Part shown: positions 12,857 to 26,551 of the stretch, one piece after another
How positions within the stretch are numbered: the stretch's first letter is position 1
Layout: every line of letters begins with the position of its first letter
Assembly: GCA_951406725.2 (NCBI GenBank)
Contig: OX597830.1
Span: 47,740,001-47,804,000, forward strand
DNA from: Octopus vulgaris
Taxonomy: Eukaryota
Reading direction: 5' to 3'
DNA: 64,000 nucleotides
Program-made: the position numbers and the translations under genes
The notes under the pieces: generated by a model
The model's database searches: none
What the model was told of the DNA's origin: nothing
Seen by the model: the letters and a program-made list of their open reading frames with translations, nothing else

Positions 12857-15135
12857 ATGTGTATATATATATGTGTGTGTGTGTGTATATGTATGTATGT
12901 ATATATATATACATACACACACACACATATATATATATATTCATATAAAATATCGTGTACATTAAAACACATTAAGAGGCTTCCATCATAGGAAAGCCTT
13001 GCGCTAGAAAGAGCAGTAAACGACTCAAACCACTAATTAGGGATAAATTCTCGAAGGGAATGAAAATTAAAAACATTTACCATGCAATTTAGTTCCTAGA
13101 CCATGATTTCTGACTTATTTCAGTAAAAAAAAAAGATTTACTGAGGCCAGTCTTCATCAGTAGGTAGCCTTTAGATTTTAAATATACAAACAACGAGATC
13201 GATTCCGCATGTAAACTCATTATTTGTATATTCTAACTTTTCAAATCCACCGCGCAGACGCAGCTTATTTCCGGCAACAGAGAGGATGCCGGTAAAACCT
13301 GGAACAAATTTATCAAAAATCATTTAAACATAATAAGTAATATTAGGGTAATAAAAATTATAGAAATTTTTATTTCCAATGATGGAAGCCTCTTAATGTG
13401 TTTTAATGCACACGGTATTTTATATAAATAATTTATAGTCCATTAAGTAATTTTTTTGCGCTAGGCCACTGGTAATTTCATCTCAGAACACAAAAATGGT
13501 CGAAATGCTACTTTAGGGTCCATTTAAATATTAGTTGCATGAGAGGCTGGTCAGCTGATAGAATCGTTAGCACGTTGGGCAAAATGCTTAGTGATATTTC
13601 ATGTGTCTTTACGTTCTGGGTTCAAATGCCACCAAGGTTGACTTAGCCTTTTGTCATTTTCAGGTTGATAAAATAAGTACCAGTCATATACTGAAGGTTG
13701 ATGGAATTGATTTATCCCCACCCCGCCCGCCCCCTAAAATTGCTGGCCTTGTGCCAAAATTTGAATCCAATATTAGTTATATGATGCTTGGTTCAATATT
13801 CTTTTCTGCTCTAGACATAAGGCCTGAAATTTTGGGGGATCAACCCCAATATGCAACTGGTACTTAATTTATTGATCCCAAAAGGATGAACAGCAAAGTC
13901 AACCTCGTCGGAATTTGAACTCAGAACGTAAAGACAGATGAAATACTTATTTCTTTACTACCCACAAGGGGCTAAACACAGAGGGGACAAATAAGGACAG
14001 ACAAACGGATTAAGTCGATTACATCAACCCCCAGTGCGTAACTGGTACTTAATTTATCGACCCCAAAAGGATGAAAAGCAAAGTCAACCTCAGCGGAATT
14101 TGAACTCAGAACGTAAAGACAGATGAAATACTGCTAAGCATTTCGCGCCCGGCGTGCTAACATTTCTGCCAGCTTGCTGCTTTCGCATGGCTCAATACTG
14201 GAGCCCAGAAACCTGCTGTAAGAACAACAACAAAACAAAAATACGGACGAAACTTTAATAAGGCAGAATTAAGAGCAAGGAATTCGGTTATTAACAAATA
14301 ATAAGGTCAGACAATGAATATCGAAGCATCAACATAGTGATGGTAGCTGAAATATTTCTTGGAGGTCCCACTACTGTATCACTGTACATCGTTTATGTAC
14401 ACATACTTATTTCTTTACTACCCACAAGGGGCTAAACACAGGGAGGACAAACAAGGACAGACAAACGGATTAAGTCGATTATATCGACCCCAGTGCGTAA
14501 CTGGTACTTATTTAATCGACCCCGAAAGGATGAAAGGCAAAGTCGACCTCAGCGGAATTTGAACTCAGAACGTAGCGGCAGACGAAATAACGCTAAGCAT
14601 TTCGCCCTGCGTGCAAACGTTTCTGCCAGCTTGCTCGATGGCCGTTTATGTACACATACTGACACACACACACACACACGCACAAGAGCACATACACACA
14701 TAACATGCACGCACACATACACACACAGATTTGTATGCGTGCGTGTGTGTGTGTGTGTGTATGACAAGATATATACACATACATAAAAAAACACAGAGCA
14801 ACATTCGTTTCTGGTAAGATTCATTGATGAAGGAATCTTTAATAAAATACGGATGCCATGAACACGTTGTGACTTTTTGTTTGGAGTGTAGGGGAGTGTA
14901 TGTGGAGGAGGGAGGGGATGTTTCCAAAACAGATATACTATACAAAAACAACAACAACAAAAAACAAACAAATGCACAGAAAACTGTTTACAGATTTTTG
15001 TAGGAGATCTTTAAAATGGTTATACATCACCGTAAGAAGTGATACAGTAATACACACGAGTAAGGTATGACAATTGTCATTCAATGGTGTCAGACATTAC
15101 ATAAAGGAGATATACAAACAGTTATACAGTTCATA

Positions 15136-15174
<39 letters not shown>

Positions 15175-15695
15175 ATATTACAATATCATATTATGTGTGT
15201 GTGTGTAAACACATGTATTAAGTAGATGGATAGCAAGATTTATAGACAGACAGATATATGGAGAGGAACCAAAGAAAAGAGCACTCAATACATGACATGA
15301 AGATTCTATATGTTTTCTTGTAACTGTTTGAGACTTAAAATCTACATTTCCCAAATCTCTACTGATGTGAAAGTGAAAGTAAACCTCTGATCAACAATGG
15401 CTGAAAAGTCAGTCTTGTATTTCTCCATATCTGGAAAGCTTTGGGGAATGCAAAGGTAAATCACAAATTCTTCAGACAAAACATGCATGTGTGTGTGTGT
15501 GGGTGGTGGTGTTTTGGTAATACAAACAGGGAAATGGGAATCAAAACATGAGTAAATATATTTTTATGTTTAAGTAGCAGAAGGAAGAAAGTAACTCAAA
15601 GACCAACTTCCATGCATTGGTACTTATCAAACGGTTTGATAATTGCCTACACATGCAACTCTCAGTCTGAAAGTCACTTCTGTGAATTAAATAAA

Positions 15696-15726
<31 letters not shown>

Positions 15727-15739
15727 CATATATGTGTGG

Positions 15740-16065
15740 TACCTTGGGCAAGTGTCTTCTACTATAGCCTCAGGCCGACCAAAGCCTTGTGAGTGGATTT
15801 GGTAGAGAGAAACTGAAAGAAGCCTGTCATGTATATGTGTGTGTGTGTGTTTGTGTGTATTTTGTGTCTGTGTTTGTCTCCCCACCATCGCTTCACAACT
15901 GATGTTGGTATGTTTACATCCCCGCAACTTAGCGGTTCAGCAAAAAGAGACCAGCAGAATAAGTACTAGGCTCACAAAGAAAAAGTCCTGGTGTTGATTT
16001 GTTCGACTGAAGGTGGTGCTCCAGCATGGCCACAGTCAAAAGACTGAAACAAATAAAAGAATAAA
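15740..16065 (+). mobile_element. tRNA-derived SINE, family B (further copies ~12310-12600, 24985-25340, 37975-38230, 44480-44860, 46080-46440, 51325-51485, 54910-55200)
   Basis: Recurrent consensus tgtggtaagaagcttgcttcccaaccacatgg...ggccgaccaaagccttgtgagtggatttggtagatggaaactgaaagaagcc...ggtgctccagcatggcc. Confidence 0.8.
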
Positions 16066-16354
16066 GGACCACTCATGATTTGTATTCTATTTTCCTATTC
16101 GTATTACCAAGCAATACAGACATATATAACTTATAGGTAACCTGTAAATCATATATATATATATATATATTTTAGAAGAAATGAGGTACTCAGAAATCTG
16201 GATGGGTTTATATTTATAGATATTTATTCGTATGTCACATGTTTTTATAAATCATATGACATACTAATAAATATCTGTAAATATAAAAAACCATCTTGAT
16301 TTCTGAGTACCTCATTTCTTCTAATATATAATACCTGTACATCATCTCCAAACC

Positions 16355-16407
<53 letters not shown>

Positions 16408-16820
16408 CAGTTGTATCATGTACAGTAGAGGGTTTTGAATTGAATGGTTTACACATTAATGATCAGAGAATAAGAGAGAGAAAGACAAACAGGTCCCTCG
16501 AGGGAGTTGAACAAGTGTTGCAGGTCAAACAAGTTGTTTTACCAATTACAAATTTATTGTCGAAATGTCTGTAGGTGCTAATTGGAAAATTAATTTGTTC
16601 AGAATCTCTTTGCTGTAATTAGTAAAATGGTTGTTTTGGTAGATGAGAGTTGCAGGGTTCAATTCTCACGTAACCTGTTCACATTTGACTCTCTATGGGG
16701 GGAAGGGCATACATTTATCTTACCCCATTTATCTATTTATTTATACACACACACACACACATGTACATATATATATATAATGTGCACATATATATACATA
16801 CACACATATATGTATGTGTA

Positions 16821-16861
<41 letters not shown>

Positions 16862-17820
16862 GTGTGTGTGTGAGTGTGTTTGTATGTATGCATCTATGTA
16901 TATATATAAATACATGTTTGTATGACTGTGTGTACAATTTATATATATATATACACACACATCTGTGTACATATTTACATACACATACACATATATATGT
17001 ATGTGCATGCATATATATATATGTGTGTTTGTATGTATGCATCTTTGTATGTATATATACATGTTTGTGTGATTGTGTGTACAACACATACGTATACAAG
17101 GAGGTTCAAAAGAATGGATTTTTAGTATTTTTCGGGTTTTTCCTCTTAATAAGGGAAACTCTTAGACCTTGTTAGAAAATCTCTTTGTAATAAATGGAAA
17201 TAAAAAAATGAGACAGAAATACTTCCGAACCAATCCATATATCCAACACTTTGGCGTCACCATTCTAAAGAAGATAAAGCATTTGGGAGTGACAAAAAAA
17301 AAAAATATAAATTTATAAAAAAAGTTATTTTTATACAAAACCTTATGATTAAATATTATTTAGCTCCTAAACTTAATATTACAACTTACCATTCTATATT
17401 ATCACATATTACATTTCTCAAACATTTGCACACAGACAAATTTATTGTTTGTTGAGGTGTGGAACAAATCTTTGAAATAATTTCTGGAATCACCATTAAC
17501 ATCATCATCACCCTCATCATCATCACCGTCACCATCAGCATCACCATCATTCATCTTCCTCATCATCATCATCATCACCAGCACCATCATCACCACCACC
17601 ATCATCATCATCGCCCTAATCCTAGAATGATTCTGATTACGAAACAGGGTTAATCTTATGACAAATTAACTGAGATCTTGGGCTCCACCTGCAAGGTCAT
17701 GTGCTGTTTATCTTGATATCAGATCACCATGTCGCGCACATATGGTTGTGATGCATGTGCCTGGTGTACGTATATTTGAACCCCAGTGTCACTTTGATGG
17801 CATGCACTGCTCTCTTGCTC

Positions 17821-17880
<60 letters not shown>

Positions 17881-18450
17881 CGATTCAATTACAGACATAA
17901 GGCCTGGAATTTTGGGGGAGGGGGTCAGTTGATTACATTGACCCCAGTGCATGACTGGTACTAATTTTATTGACCCTGGAAGGATGATAGGCAAAGTCAA
18001 CCTCGAAAGAATTTAAATTCAGAAAGCTGACAGAGACAAAGATGGTGCGGAACATTTCACCCAGCTTGCCACCTTAATAAAAAAAATAATAATAATAGTA
18101 ATAATAATCATAATAACAACAACAATAGTAATAATAATAATGATTTTAAACTATGAGAAATGCCAGCAATTTTGAGTAAGGGGACATGTTGATAACATTG
18201 ACCCTAGTATTTAACTGGTACTTATTTTATTGATCCCGAAAGGATGAAATGCCACTAAGAATTTTGTCTGCAGTGCTAACAATTTTGCAAGCTTGCTGCC
18301 TTTTGTTGCTACTGATGATGATGATGATGATAAAAATAATAAACAATAATCTATTTTATGAGGCACAAAAACATCTTTTTTTTTATTGCTCAACATAAAT
18401 ATTTCAAAATAAAGTGGAAGTATGTAATGTGTGTGCAAATGTATGTGCAA

Positions 18451-18491
<41 letters not shown>

Positions 18492-18615
18492 TATATATAC
18501 ATATACACACACACATATATATATATTTATATCTATATGTGTATGTGAATATATGACGATGTATTATATTTTAATAAATCAATATATTGTAATATCTTAT
18601 TGTATTTATATGTGA

Positions 18616-18649
<34 letters not shown>

Positions 18650-18991
18650 GTGTATATGTTTATTTCCCAATAGCATCAGCAATGCGAGTGAAATGAAATG
18701 TCACCAAGCAAGAACCAAAATCCAAAACTGAGGTCTCCACTCATGTAAGCTGTCCTCTGCTCTGTGGTGCACAGTGGTGATGATTATGATGATTATGATG
18801 ATGATGATGATTATTATTATATCAGTGACATCTCCCCATCCATAAAAAAAAATAATAATTCTGTTGAAAGCAAGTGAAGTTGGAAAATACAAAGCATCAT
18901 TTCAACGTCACTTTTTGAATATGTAGAAGGTTGCATTTGATAGGGAAGAATACATTACATTATATATATGTGTATGTGTCTTGATATATAT

Positions 18992-19064
<73 letters not shown>

Positions 19065-19068
<4 letters not shown>

Positions 19069-19900
19069 ACTTAGGCTGAAAGTCAACAAACAATGTTTAC
19101 TTTAGAAGCTTTGAGATGTTTTGAAAGATACAGACAAGGAAATAATTTTATTCTCCAACGCAGGTTAATGCTAATAATATAACATGAACAGGATAAACTA
19201 TACATATTTTTTAGAAAAATCTGTTGGTGGCCAGCCATGAGACTTGAACTCACATCCCTGTGATTAGGCATCAAGTGCTTTACCATTAAGCTAAACTGCC
19301 TAGTGACAAATTCTTCTGCAATTTTAGGATATATAGGTCTACTTTTATAAGACACTATTGTACGTTAAATTCAACTTATGCTGAAAGTCTTATAAAGGTA
19401 GATTTATATATCCTAAAACTGCAGAAGAATTTGTCACTGGGCAATGGTAAAGCACTTGATGCATAATCACAGGGATGTGAGTTCAAAACCCATGGCTGGC
19501 TGCCGACAGATTTTTCTACAAAATATGGATAGTTTATCCTGTTCAAGCTATATTATTAGCATTATCCTGTGTTTGAGAATAAAATTATTTCTTTATCTGT
19601 ATCTTTTAATGCATCTCAACGCTTCTAAAGCCAACTTTGTCTATTGACTTTCAACGTAAGTTGAATTTAATGTCTGATAGTGTCTTATAAAGCTAGATTT
19701 AGATATCCGAAAACTGCAGAAGAATTTGTCGCTGGGCAGTTTAGCTTAATGGTAAAGCACTTGATGCATAATCACAAGGATGTGTATTCAAGTCTCATGG
19801 CTGGCCACCAACAGATTTTTCTGCAAACTATGGATAGCTTATCCTATTCATGTTATATTATTAGCATTATCCTGTGTTTGAGAATAGAATTATTCCCTTA

Positions 19901-19905
<5 letters not shown>
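19065..19905. repeat. Three copies of a ~300 bp unit (first inverted, then two tandem), each containing a tRNA-like sequence
   Basis: 19065-19375 is the reverse complement of ~19385-19680, which is repeated again at ~19680-19905. Confidence 0.85.
19735..19810 (+). pseudogene. tRNA-Met(CAT)-like pseudogene or SINE head
   Basis: A-box TAGCTTAATGGTAAAGC, anticodon loop TGCATAA, T-arm GTG(A)GTTCAAGTCTCAT (best preserved in the 19225-19300 copy), ends GGCTGGCCACCA; stems imperfect. Confidence 0.55.
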
Positions 19906-19940
<35 letters not shown>

Positions 19941-21355
19941 ACATATATGTACATAGGTATAAGAAATACATACATATATATACAGACGCATACATATATA
20001 ATTACATTTCCAGGCACTAAAGAGAGCAAATGGGAAAATAGACAAGAAAGAGGTGGAGGGGAGGGGGAGAATTAAAAAAGATTACAAAATAACCATGAAA
20101 AAAATGAAAAGAGGAGAGAAGGACATAAGTTGAGCAAAGAAGATTGAAAAGAGACCAATGGAGTGGGAGACAGACAGACATAGATGGAGAAAAGGGAAAG
20201 AGCAGACATGACAGAGAGAGAGAGAGAGAGAGAGATACAAGAATACAAAGTTCTGTGGAACATAAAAAAAAAAGCTCCAAAAAATAGCTTATATTTGTGT
20301 TAGAAAAGAAATCCTGAAGCTTTGAAATATATTTTATGTTTCAGATCAAATATCACCTCCCTTACAAAGTTTCACGTTTAGCTGATATTTCTGGCAGAAA
20401 AAAAAAAAAGTCTTGAGGCTTTCATGTTTAGCTTAGAAAGCTTCAAAAGTTTTGTGTTTAACTTAATATTTCCGGTTAAAAACAGAAACCCAAGAGGTTT
20501 CTCACTTTCTTTGCATTTCTGGTAGAAAAGATACCCTGAGGGTTTCAAAATGTTATTTTATTTAGTTTTATGTTTCCGGTGGGAAAAGGGACTGGAGATT
20601 TCAGATTTAATGTTTTTGATTGAAAATAAAATCTCCAAAGTTTTATGGTTAACTTATGATTCTGGCAAAAAAAAAAAAAAAAAGAAAAAAAAGTCCTGAG
20701 GCTTATGTGTGAAGTTTTGTTGTGTAGTCTCAGGGCAACCCTGATTGAGGATACCCATGATCAAAGGTATTTTAGCCATGACCACCTTACTGATTAAAAA
20801 GTATATCTTGGACTACCTTATCCAATGTACACTTTGAGGGATATTTGGTTGTTGTTTCTAGCAATTTGATTGACCTCATAGAGGCTCCCTCATTGGGCAG
20901 AGAGAAAGTAACTAAAAATTTCATTTTTAATTTATGATTCTGGCAGACAAGAAAAGCCAAAACATTCGGAATTATTGTTTAATTTATGTTTCCGGAACCA
21001 AAAAGAAAAAAAAAATCCTGGTGGGAAAAGAATTCTGGAGATTTTATGCCAAACCCTTTGACATTCAGATTCCTCTGTCAAATATAATGCTTATTTATTC
21101 ATATGGTTTGGAATTAATCGTGGGTTATCTCATAGCTTTGAGATTTTGATGATGTGATTGTTTATATTTAGAATGACATTGTAGGGTAGGTGTGAGAGAC
21201 CAGACACGGCTGGTTTGAACACAAAACAGGTAGGATATTTTAGCTGGGTGTGGCTGGTTTAAATGCTGAAGACCTGATGGTTTTGATATACAAATGAGAA
21301 CCTGATGGCTTCCTGTTTTGATTCTGTTTTTCATTTGTTTGTGTTTTTCTGTTTG

Positions 21356-21562
21356 TCAAAATATGTTAAAGAGAATATCTGTCGGAGAAAGTTTTGCAAT
21401 GAGAATCTGTGTAAGAAGGACTTGAACTGATATATAGCACACGTGGAAGATATCGGTAACTCTCAGGAATGTTCCATGACAAGGGTAAGGAGGCAGTGAG
21501 TTAGACGTATCGACTTTGATCTCTGGGGGCTCCGTCTCAGCAGGACATGGTATACCGAGTTC
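21356..21562 (-). CDS. LMLN: Leishmanolysin-like peptidase (invadolysin), last coding exon
   Basis: Acceptor ttttaag; ELGIPCPAETEPPEIK...PYPC...VCYISVQVLLTQILIAKLSPTDILFNIF*; CP.ETEPP resembles the vertebrate LMLN C-terminus; 69 codons including TGA. Confidence 0.8.
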   Translation of the reverse strand, partial: ELGIPCPAETEPPEIKVDTSNSLPPYPCHGTFLRVTDIFHVCYISVQVLLTQILIAKLSPTDILFNIF

Positions 21563-22087
21563 CTTAAAACAAAACAGAAAAAGACAAAATCAGAAAAATA
21601 CAGAAACTTTTTTCCTTATTTAAAATAATGTCATATTTTAACCAGCACAGTTAGGAAAAATATATATATATATATATATCTGCTGGTGCCACATAAAAAA
21701 TACCTAAGCTGGTGCCACATAAAAAGCACTTGTGTAGGTGCCATGCAATAAAACACCTGTGCTGGTGCCACATGGAAAGACTTGTACTGGCACCATGTAA
21801 AAAGCACCCAGTAAACTCTGTAAAACTCTGCAGAACAATCGTCTTTGGCTCAGAATCTTAGGGTTTAACAAGAGGTGTTGTATTGGGTTTATGTTAGGTT
21901 TACTATCATTTCTATAATCAATAACAGTAATCCATGGGAGATCAAACAGTACTGATTTCAAAGAAAGCTATTTTCAAAGGGGATTAGAAGGGGTCCACTT
22001 AAGCTGAAGATAATCCATGTTAATAAGATCCTTTACAAATCTGAGGATATGATGTAAAAAAAATAGTAAAGTGATATTGATAATTAC

Positions 22088-22243
22088 CTGACAAATTTCA
22101 TCGCAAGCAGGACAAATAATGGAACCTTGATGCCGCAACTGGGTTGAATCATAGAAAATTGACACTCTTTGACCTTCTTTGTAGCATCGGTGACGCTTCG
22201 ACTGGACGATGATGCTAAGCCCTTCTTCTGGGTCACACTCAAA
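22088..22243 (-). CDS. LMLN: LMLN coding exon
   Basis: FECDPEEGLSIIVQSKRHRCYKEGQRVSIF...HQGSIICPACDEICQ; ag/gt boundaries, phase 0-0. Confidence 0.92.
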
Positions 22244-22499
22244 CTAAAACAACAGAAAAATCAAAATAAAAGCAAAAGGAATCTTAAAAAGTGTTATGTC
22301 TGGTTTAAAATGGTATTACACAATTAAATAGTTAGTTGTGGTTATTGAAAATAGCCTATCATAGGATAATATATGTTAACACAGAATGCACTCCTTACTA
22401 CTCGGACATAGGTATGATACTCAGTATTCACTGTTTGATTAACCTGTTAAGCCAACACTCATCAAACTAACACTGTCAACTACCCTCTTGACAGTTCAC

Positions 22500-22870
22500 T
22501 CATCATCATCATCATCATCATCGTTTAACATCGGTTTTCCATGCTGGCATGAGTTGGATGGTTCGACTGGGGTCTGGAAAGCCAGGAGGCTACACCAGAC
22601 TCCAGTCTGATCTGATGATGTTTCTACAGCTTGATGGCTTTCCTAACGCCAACCACTCTGAGAGTGTAGTGGGTGCTTTTTACGTGCCACCAGTACAGGG
22701 GCCAGAGGGGGCTGGCATCGACCACAATTGGATGGTGCTTTTTACGTGCCACAGGCACGCAAGCCTATCAAGGCAGTACTGGCATCAGCCACGTTCAGAT
22801 GGTAGATTTTATGTGTCACTGGCACAGAAGCCAGTTGGAGCGAGGGAGCTGGCATCAACCACATTCGGAT
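22500..22870 (-). mobile_element. SINE-like repeat, family C, with (GAT)n tail and internal tandem subrepeats (further copies ~31020-31375, 33795-34010, 39430-39935, 48400-48680, 56205-56400, 57515-57915, 61860-62070, 62760-63000)
   Basis: Recurrent catcatcatcgtttaacgtccg..ttccatgctggcatgggttggatgg...ctacagctggatgcccttcctaatgccaaccactc. Confidence 0.75.
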
Positions 22871-23209
22871 GGTGATCGGTTAGTCCAAATTCAGTTATGT
22901 GGGGATGTTCAGGATTCTCCCATTACAAAAATATTCCTTAATATATAGAAATAACAATAGTAATAAAGGATTTCAAATTTTGGCACAAGGCCAGCAATTT
23001 CGGGGAGAGAGTAAGCTGATTAGATTGACCCTAATGTTTAAATGGTACTTATTTTATTGTCCCCACCAAGATGAAAGGCTGTGTTGACCTCAGCAGAATT
23101 TGAACTCAGAAGGTAAAAACAGACGAAATGCCACTAAGCATTTTGCTCGACATGTTAACGATACTGCCAGCTCACTGCCTTAGAAATGATGATGATGGTG
23201 ATGATGATG

Positions 23210-23242
<33 letters not shown>

Positions 23243-23272
23243 GTAATAATAATAACAATAATAATAATAATA

Positions 23273-23631
23273 AGACTAAAACAATACCTGTTATCATAGG
23301 TGCCCTGGGAATGATAGCAAAAGGGGTTGATTACTACCTAACTCAGATACCAGGAAACTCCAAAATGGCACAAATTCAAAAGATAGTGCTCATGGGAACT
23401 GCTCATATCAATCGCAAAATACTTTCTATGTAATCTCAAGTTTTAAAACAAACATAATTTTCGTTTTTTTTTCTTCTTTTGACATTCACTAGTACAACAC
23501 TAAATACAAAACCAAATATATGGCACACTAGGCATAACAACATCATGAACTTCCAGCCTGTTGTCTCTTGAGGTCTCTGGGTGAGACTTGGAGCCAACTT
23601 GTACAAATATAAAGCAAAAGTCAAACATAGA
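23273..23631 (+). mobile_element. 3' end of an R4/Dong-like (restriction-like endonuclease) non-LTR retrotransposon embedded in (TAA)n
   Basis: KTIPVIIGALGMI...IQKIVLMGTAHINRKILSM* followed by 3' UTR; (AAT)n tracts on both sides. Confidence 0.7.
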
Positions 23632-23642
23632 ATAATAATAAT

Positions 23643-23699
<57 letters not shown>

Positions 23700-24762
23700 C
23701 CATTCTACTAAAGGTACAAGGCCTGAAATTGAGGTAGGGGCTACTAGTGTTTCGCTGGTACTCAATTTATTGACTCTGAAATGATAAAAGGCAAAGCCGA
23801 CCTTGGCGAAATTTGAACTCAGCGGTAAGCATTTCACCCAGCATGCTAACGTTTCTGCCCATTCGCCACCTTGATAATAATAACAATAATAATCCTTTCT
23901 ATTAAAAGCACAAGGCCTGAAATTTTGGGGGAGGGGGACTAGTCGTATACATTGACCCCAGTGTTTCACTGGTACTTAATTTATCGACCCTGAAAGGATG
24001 AAAGGGAAAGTCAACCTCAGTGGAATTTGAACTCAGAATATTCACATGGATGAAATACTGCTAAGCATTTCACCCGGCATGGTAACAATTCTGCCAGCTT
24101 GCCGTATTAATGATGATGATGATGATTGACTATGATGATGGCGTCGACAGTGGCAGTGACAATGATGATAAAAGGCTTCTAATTCAGGCTCAAGACCAGC
24201 AGTTTTGTAGGGAGAGGGGACTGGTTGATATCAGAAATCCTTGTACTTGACTGGTACTTTCTTTTATCAACCCCAAAAGATGAAAGGTAAAGTTGATTTT
24301 TAACAGAATTTGAACTCGAAGCTTTTCCCCCACTGCTTTTCTGATTCTGCTAAGGCACTACACACATAATTGTTTCCAATTTATGCACAAGGGCAGTAAG
24401 TTTGAGGGGAGGGGCTAAGCCAATTTTACTGACCCCATTATTTGACTGGTACTTCATCATCATCCTTCATCATTGTTTTTCCATGCCGGCATGGGTTGGA
24501 CGGTTTCACATGGAACCAGGCAGCTGTCCAACTTCCAATTGTCAGTTGTGACATGATTTCTACAGCTGGATGCCCTTCCTAATGCCAAGCTTTTAAAATC
24601 CCATAGAGGGCTCCTGGCAAACAAAACACATTTCACTGGTTGCCACTGAGGGTTGCCACTGGGGCTAAAGGCAGTGTTTGTCTAATTGCTTGTTTCTTGA
24701 AACGAGTGAAAAAAAAGCAAAAAAAAAAAATAATACAAATGATACGAGACTATTGATCTTAC

Positions 24763-24893
24763 TTCGTAACATCCACTTCCCATGTGTTGGGTTTGTACAG
24801 TTTTGCCACAATGTTGCAAGTGCCACATTCCATCATGATTGAAGCAGCGAGATGTGTTGCCATATTTCTCCAGAAAGTAATTGTGTTTCACGT
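24763..24893 (-). CDS. LMLN: LMLN coding exon
   Basis: (D)VKHNYFLEKYGNTSRCFNHDGMWHLQHCGKTVQTQHMGSGCYE; cag/gtaag; phase 1-0. Confidence 0.93.
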
Positions 24894-26481
24894 CTGCAGT
24901 TGAAAATAAATAGAATGAGGAAAATTCAGTTTCTTTGTAGAGACAAAGTTAAATACTATATTTAGTCACATACAATACATTCTTATCCTGGGCACCACCT
25001 CGAAGAATTTTGAGTCGAATGAATCGTCCCCAATACTTGGTTTTTTTAAAGCTGGTACTTATTTTATCAGTCTCTTTTACTGAACTGCTAAGTTACAGGG
25101 ATGTAAACACACCTACACTTGTTGTCAAGTGGTGATGGAAGACAAACACAGATACAAAGACACACACACACACACATATACACATCATGTTTCTTGCAGT
25201 TTCTGACTATGAAATCCACTCACAAATCTTTGGTCAGCCCAATGCCATAGTAATAGATACTTGCTCAAGGTGCCATGCAGTGGGACTGAACCTGGAACTG
25301 AGTGGTTGGGAAGCAAACTTCTTATCACACAGCCAGGCCTTCACTTGTAAACATTTTCAATGCATTTTCTACAGCAATTATAATAAAACTGACTAGTCAC
25401 TCCTTTCACCACACATTGCAATACTAAAGAAAAGTCAGTATTCTATTGAAGCTGTGCACAAATGTGTAGCAAAAAGTCTCAGTTGTGAGTTTTCCCCCCT
25501 GTGACAAAAGTGTTTATGCATTGAATGTGCAATAGTTGTAAATAGAAAAGAAATTTTAGACACGGAAGGAAAACCTAAAAGTGAGACACATCAGAGCAAT
25601 TTTAATGAAAACTAAATGTTTTGCAAGTAATAAAAAAAGACAACCTCAGTGCATTCTGGAATGGCCTTGTTCAATTTGCAAAAACTGGGGTAGGGAGAAT
25701 TCTAGAGAGAGCATCCCATGTAAACTATGAGTGTACAAGATGAAGTGAGATCATAGGAGGCTGATGGAAAAAAAAAAGACTTTGTGTGAGGTAGAAACAT
25801 TGGAGTTGTTACAAGCCACAACACCAGTGTAATAAAATGCTCAAAAGGATCTATAGTAGAAATAGTCGATAACTTGTGTTACAAAGGTCAGCAGTACTCA
25901 AAGTTTATTTTGTTTGGAAACTTTTATATGATTTTACAAAAAGCACAGAAGTCATATCTATACATTCTGGACAACTGCCACCCAAATGAAACAGAATTGT
26001 TTTATGGAGAGAATTTATTCATATATAAAGAGAAGCATCGGTAAATACCATTTTTTTAAATAAAATATATTTTTATCAAATTATAAATCTTCACATCTTG
26101 AATTTTTACCTCAAAACCCACTTTGAGAAATACTGACCAAAGGTGACTTAATCAGTTGCGGAAGAGGCATCAGGTGGAGCCATCCAATCTTATTTTAAAC
26201 CAAATATCTATGACTGTGTTAAACAAGGAACTCTTCCTTTTTAAGAACATAGGATGTGATTTGAGAAAGATTAGGTGCTTTTTCCTTAAGGTTGAGTGTC
26301 CCAAGGGTAAAGAACAATATTGCCTACTGGTACTTCATCCAAGAATGGTCCAGCACCCACTGCTGCTGCTTTGATTTACAGAATCCTTCCGAACTAATTC
26401 CAATGCTCCTTCACAGCATTGCACAATTTTGTGGGCATTAAAGAAAAGTCTAATAATGTTACTTATGAAGGGAACACTTAC

Positions 26482-26551
26482 CTAAATTGTTATGTTCCTC
26501 AGTGCAACGTGATCCACGAATTGAAGAATCACCACTTTTCCATAGTAATTC
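26482..26551 (-). CDS. LMLN: LMLN coding exon (frame not shown in the ORF track)
   Basis: ELLWKSGDSSIRGSRCTEEHNNL; ttttgcag/gtaagt; phase 0-1 fits both neighbours. Confidence 0.88.

Noticed and set aside
21094-21099. AATAAA on the minus strand as the LMLN poly(A) signal
   Set aside because: Lies within a dispersed repeat in AT-rich DNA; cannot be supported without transcript data
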